Positions 58,300 to 64,000 of a stretch of 64,000 nucleotides of DNA are shown here, one piece after another. Origin of the DNA: the human T2T-CHM13v2.0 reference genome, Homo sapiens. Positions within the stretch are counted from its first letter, which is position 1, and each line of letters opens with the position of its first letter. Position numbers and translations under genes: made by a program. The stretch lies in assembly GCF_009914755.1 (NCBI RefSeq), contig NC_060927.1. One strand, 5' to 3'. Under the pieces are notes generated by a model. That model worked only from the letters and a program-made list of their open reading frames with translations, searched no databases and had not been told where the DNA came from.

Positions 58300-60559
58300 A
58301 ATAAAAAATAAATGCACTACTGGTAAAAGCAACAACATGGAAAAATCTCAAAAGTATTATGCTAAGTGACAGATGCCATATGTAAAATGCTACATACTAT
58401 ACAATTTGTGTAATTCCATTTATGTGACAGTCTAGAAAAGGTAAAATTATAGGGACAAAAAAAGAGATCAGTGTTTCCTGAGGTCTTAGAGTAAAAGAGA
58501 GGGAATATACAGCAAAGGGGCACTGGAACTTTTGCTGATGAAGGAAATGTTCTACATTTCAGTTAGAGCAATGGCTAAATGACAATATACATTTGCCTAA
58601 ATTCATCTAACTATACACTTTCAAAGGATGTATTACATGTGAGTAAGTTACACATCAATAAAAAGGGCACATACAAAAAGCGACAAGCCATTGGGTATAA
58701 GGAAACTATAGAAAAACCAGTTGTATTTTTCTGTACAAGCAACTAATAAAAATTGACATTTTAGAATAAAACATCGTGTACCACTGCATCAAAAATATCA
58801 GAGAATAACTCTTTAAAAAGATGTGTGAGACCTTCACACTGAAAATTGCAAAACATTACTGACAAAAATCAAAGACAAAAAAGGGGATAAACCATATTCA
58901 TGAATTGGAAGACTCAAATACTATACAGATATCAACTATCTCAAAATTGATCTATAAATTCAATGTAATCCCAATTTAAAAACTTATATGGAAATACAAA
59001 AGGCCTAGAAAAAACAAGTCAACCTCAATAAATAAAACTGGAAGAACTATATTACCAGACAGCAAGACCTATTATAAATTACTCATAAAGTACTTAAGAC
59101 ACACATTATTTATCCTGCTCAACGGTAAATAATAGCCCAATGGAACAAAACAATGTCCAGGCCTACACATGTACAATTAGCTGATTCTCAGCCAAGACTT
59201 CTGGCAATTCAGTGGGAGAAGGGATGGCATTTCAATAAGTGGTGCTGCATCAATTGGTTATTCATATGGAAAGAAAACAAGACAATCTTGTCCTCTACCT
59301 CACAACATATGCTAAAATCAATTCCAGATAAACCGTACATCAAAATTTAGGAGCAAGAACAATAAAGTTTTAAAAGAAAACAAGAGAAGATCCACATGAT
59401 CTTGAAGTAGGCTAAGGCAAAGCACTGATCAAAAGGAAAAATGTAATGAATTGGACTATTTTAGGAACTTCTACTCTTCAATGATGCCATTAAGAGAGTG
59501 AAAAGGTGAAATTGGAAATGTACATACATCCAGCAAAAGATTTTTATCCAGGAAATTTCAATTACTCCCACAAATAAGAATAAAAATAGGCCCACAGAAC
59601 AGAAGAATTAGACATAGATTTAAACAGGTATTTCACTACAGAGGACATCCAGATGGCCAACAAGCATATAAAATTTATAAGTCATTAAGGAAATGCAAAT
59701 TAAAATAACAAGGTACTACCATGGACCCACTAGAATGGCTAAAATGGAGAGTTAACAGTGGTGATGTTGTCAAGGGTGCAGAACAACTGACACCCTCACA
59801 CCCTCCTGATGAAAGTGTACATGACTACTGAATTTGGGGCTGTATCCATGAAAGCTGAATATCTGCAAATATATAACACCAATTCCATTCCTGTATATAT
59901 ATATCCAACAGCAACATGCACCTATGTGCACCACAAGATATATAAAAGATTATTTGTAGCAGCATTATTAATAGAGGAAAAGTGGGAACAAAATGAAATG
60001 TTTATTAAACACTGAATGGATAAGATGATACGTTTATACAATGGAATACCATATAGCAACAAAAATGAAAAAAACATGACCATATAAAAAAACATGAATG
60101 AATCTTATAATGTTGCACAAATGAGGGCAGGCACAAAAGAATACATAAGCTATTGGCCCTTTATTTAAAGATCAAACATAGGCAAAATGAACATATGGGG
60201 TTAGAAGTCAAGACAGTGGTCAAATGTGAGAATGAAGGAGTGAATGGGAGGGGGCAGATAGGGCTTTTGGGACACTGGTAGTGATCTCAGTACTGGCTAC
60301 AATGACATTTCACTTTATGAAATTTAGTTTGTGATAATTCACCAAACAATACACTTATAATTTGTGTGTTTTAATGTTTGCATGTTATTCTCCAAGTTTT
60401 TAAAAATTAGGCAATTCTATATGTTAATAGAAAGAACTCCAATGTATGTGTGTGGTTTAATGAAAAGAACCAACCACTAAATAGTGCACTACACAGAATA
60501 CTATCATTTTGTAAAAACAGTAATGAAAAGGATATATGTTTGTGTACAATAATCATAAT

Positions 60560-60790
60560 GGCAACATTTACTGAAAGCTAACTACTTGCTAAGGTACTGT
60601 GTTAGGCACTTTTCATGCCTTTTATCATTTATTTCACTCAACATTATGAAGTGAGTAATTATTATAACCCTTATTTTATGAAGGAGAAAACTGAGGTACA
60701 GAGATATCAAGTAACGTGCCCACAGTCACCAAGCCACAAAGCTGAAAAACGGGCACTGTAACCCAGGCTCTCCAGATCCACTCTTCCCCA
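60560..60790 (-). mobile_element. MIR
   Basis: aacatttactga..attttatgaaggagaaaactgaggtacagaga..aagtaacgtgccc. Confidence 0.8.
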
Positions 60791-61049
60791 CCACATTCTC
60801 CCTAGATAGGCACATGAGAAACTGGCAATGGGGTGCCTCTGAGAAGGGATCTGGGGATTGGAAGGCAGGCTGAGAGGAAGGCTGGCTTATCATAGCATAC
60901 TCTAGGTACCTTTTGAAGGAACACATTTGCACGTCTTATCTATCAAAAATGTATTTATTTACAATATTTTTCTATGGTTTATAATTTCTGAGCTACACAA
61001 AATTGCTTTATCCAGAAAGTAAGCATAACTCACTGTTTTATTACTTTAC

Positions 61050-61234
61050 CTGATTTAGGATGCAAAGCATCGCATTGGGCATTGTACATGTGTACAAATT
61101 CTTGGTGCCTTTTAATGAGCTGTTGTTTATTTCCTTGAATAGATAATCCATGCTCTTTTAGCTTTTTCTTTAAATCACGATCAGAGAGCAAATTATATAC
61201 AGTTTTGGGCAGCGGCTTCCTTTTGTGAACAGAA
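61050..61234 (-). CDS. RAD18: RAD18 exon 7 (185 bp), SAP domain, aa ~235-297
   Basis: Acceptor tttcAG|T TCT GTT CAC; donor AAA TCA G|GTAAAG; translation SVHKRKPLPKTVYNLLSDRDLKKKLKEHGLSIQGNKQQLIKRHQEFVHMYNAQCDALHPKS (lies inside ORF-track 61030..61320). Confidence 0.97.
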
Positions 61235-61309
61235 CTGAAAAGGGGGGAAGATACCTGATGATTATTGTGAATTATCAAATGCTTTTCATGTAAAATGGCA
61301 AATAAATTC

Positions 61310-61540
61310 TGATTCAACACCTGGGTGACCGGGAAAATAGTAGAACCATTAGATTAAAAAGGGGAGAGAAAAATCAAGTTTGTGGATAAAGTTGAGTGTC
61401 TGACATGATGTATCTGAGGTGCTGGTAAGACATTCAGACACAGGGGCCTAGGTGGCACCAGAAGTGAGAGACTTGCGTCTCAAAAAGAGGTCAGACCTAA
61501 AGAGGCACACTTAGAAGACATATATGTAACGCTTGTGGAA
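61310..61540 (-). mobile_element. L2 fragment just upstream of exon 7
   Basis: aagttgagtgtctga..tgaggtgctggtaagacattcag..agaggtcagacct. Confidence 0.5.
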
Positions 61541-61914
61541 TATGCTGTGAGGACTTCACTTAGAATCACACTTACATAGACCTATTCAATTTTCCACCTC
61601 TTTAAAGCATGCTAGAAATTCTAGTGGGCTAAAATTCAAGCTACATAAAAGTACCAATGACTTAAGCAATTCCATAAACAGGAACTTCTTAGTGAGTTTT
61701 AATTCATTTCACCTGATTATAGCAGGTTCTCTACCTGGCTCAGCTTTATGGCAATTAGATGCTTAACAAAAATGTGCTCAAGGAGGTCATTACACTTGCT
61801 ATCATTTCAAAATAAGAATAGCAAAGATTCAGGTGAAAATTAACAGAAACTTGAAATAATAGGTTTATCCAAAAAACAAGTTTTTACAAAGGATTTGCAT
61901 ATAACTAGCTCACA

Positions 61915-62085
61915 CAAGGCTGTCCCAAACGTTAGTGTACCTAAGAAGCACCTAAAGAGTTTATTTAAAACGCAGATTCTCCATCCCCTTCTCCACACCA
62001 TCCACCAATTAGGGTTCAGGTCTGAAGTGGAGCTCTAAAATCTCTATTTTCAACAAGGTTCTCCAGAGTAAATCTGATATAAACG
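61915..62085. mobile_element. MER5A-like
   Basis: aagcacctaaagagtttatttaaaacgcagattc..caggtctgaagtggagc..aatctctattttcaacaag. Confidence 0.6.
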
Positions 62086-63689
62086 GTCCAATAATCAAAC
62101 AGAGAAATATTACAGTCAGGTATAGACTGAAAACAATCAAAAATTTCTCTATTAACCAACAGAGCCATTCCCCAAATAAATTATGTCTTTTATGCTGTAT
62201 TAACAAAGTCTAAAAGCCAGAAATAACTAATTAACTGTGAAAAGACCTGCAAACTCTCAATAGATTATATTTTTCTGAAAATTGCTCTTCTTACAATGAC
62301 AACCCATCTGACTCTACAAGGTTGATAAAATTATGGCAAAATGAAATCTCAGTAGGTAGCAACAGCTGAATCATTTTGTGTTTACAGAAGCACACAGGGA
62401 GAGATGATTCATTACGTCTGTATCTAAAATATTTGTTTTATCAAGGACAGATGATTAAACTGTGACTGTGAAATTCCAGTGAAGAACTGTACTGTTCACT
62501 GGCATTTACAATAAAAAGCACCACCAGAGATCAACAATTTCTATCAGGAATTTTAAAACATGAAACCTGATAAATGTTTCCCCAAACACGAAAATGACAT
62601 TGATTTTTCTTCCATGATTTAGTGGAACTGAGTAATACATTTAAGGGGCCTCAGAATCTGAGGCAGTTCTGACATGGTTTTATATAGAAGGGTTAAGGGC
62701 TGCCACTCACATTCAGCAGATGGCCTGTCAGAATATTGTGGAGGAGACAGGAAAACTCACAGGGCCTTTTCTCTATGACCTGACTCTGTGGCCAAGATAC
62801 AACTAAAGAAGAACATGGCCCAGTGTTGTCTTCAGAATCTCCACAAACACCAGTTTTGTAAGATGGAAGTGATGAGAACAGAAAGGCTTGGCGGTCAAAT
62901 AAATTTAGGATTACTAAATTAAACAAAACCTAACAGTAACCCTTAATGTAGGACTTCTCAAAGCCTTTAACACACTAAGAGGGGGATCCAGGAGGTAGTG
63001 CTTATAAGTTCACTACAGAGCACTGGCAGGACTATAGTGTTCTTTGAAGCAGGAATTTAAACCACTATTAGAACTTAATTACACATGGACGAGTATGTCT
63101 TTAAACAAACTGACAGCATCAGAAATGATGTATCAGAAATGTATTCGAACTGATGGATGGATCTAGAAAAAGGGGAGTCCATGCAAGATAATCAGTGCAG
63201 ATTCCTTACTCTTCCAAAAGAATATACTCAGCTTCTATATTCCCAACTCATGCATTTCTAAAGAGAAAAGCAGGTCATCAAACTCTCGTGGCTTATGGGA
63301 AATAATCCTTAGGACTATTCATTTACTCCAAATCACCACTAAGCAACCTAAAAATCTAAATTTTATTCTCATTAACAAACTTACCCACTAGGTGGGAGTA
63401 CTGTGCATGTAAAACTGCCCCAGGTTTGGACTCAAGTATGTCTACCTTAATAAAGCACCATTGTGTCTTATATGTTAGCTTTTGTAAGTTGTAACAGTAT
63501 GAATCTGACCCTCAGAATCTGCATTCACTCCAAATTTACTCATAAAAATTAAGTGATGTATTTTCTTTAATCACAAAAAATAATACTATGGCTCTGTCTT
63601 ATTAACATGGTTTTTGGAAAATACTCTTCAAAGTCCTTCAAAACAGACTGAACATAGAAGCAAATCATTCTTTCATCCCCACTTCTCAG

Positions 63690-64000
63690 ATACCATTAAT
63701 TTCTTCAGCTTCCCTCCTCTTCTTTTCCAAATCTCTCTGAATTATCACCTATTATCTTGCCCTTGCCTCCTGTTTCAGAAGGGTCCTTTCTGCATGTCAA
63801 GGATAACCTCATTACTGGGCTCTTGTGCTCCTCACTTTCTTCCATTTATCCTCTGCTCTCTCCCTGGAAATAGTGGAAGGAAAGAGACTGAAGGCTTAAA
63901 CTCCTATTTTTAAAAAGAACAACCCTTGATCTTTATGCCACTCACTGCTTCTCCAAACTACCATCTCATCTTTCTCCCTTCATCACCAGACTCATCTAAA
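63690..64000 (+). mobile_element. L2 fragment
   Basis: Pyrimidine-rich sequence similar to the L2 pieces at 31020-31720 (aaggataacctc..tgctc; aaccc..cttga). Confidence 0.5.

Noticed and set aside
61235-61256. Upstream CAG as an alternative exon 7 acceptor
   Set aside because: It would add 20 nt (frameshift) and lacks a good pyrimidine tract.
61030-61320. 96-aa ORF as a stand-alone gene
   Set aside because: It is RAD18 exon 7 plus intronic read-through on both sides.

Overview
Primate (almost certainly human, chr3p25) genomic DNA carrying the 3' part of RAD18, the RING E3 ligase that monoubiquitinates PCNA, on the minus strand. Seven coding exons (7-13; exon numbers inferred from protein position) were traced by hand. 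All have GT-AG boundaries and compatible phases and encode aa ~235-495 (SAP domain, RAD6-binding region, Pol eta-binding acidic/Ser region, C-terminal NLS). A ~4.3 kb 3' UTR ends near an AATAAA at 2296-2301. Codon 302 is CAA (Gln). The rest is intron, dense in repeats: 11 Alus, MIR/L2, DNA-transposon MITEs, several LTRs, and a ~20 kb stack of + strand L1s in intron 7. That stack includes a full-length 6.1 kb L1PA4/5-type element with a 14-bp TSD and a retroposed SNORA43-like snoRNA. The most interesting observation is that this L1 is antisense to RAD18, so its antisense promoter points toward exon 8. Its ORF0 has no stop at the usual place and stays open to a GT donor that is in phase with exon 8, predicting a 311-aa ORF0-RAD18 C-terminal fusion. 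AATAAA signals just inside intron 7 could supply the complementary N-terminal half. This is a sequence-based hypothesis; expression is not shown. Repeat subfamily names come from remembered consensus sequences and old-repeat boundaries are approximate.
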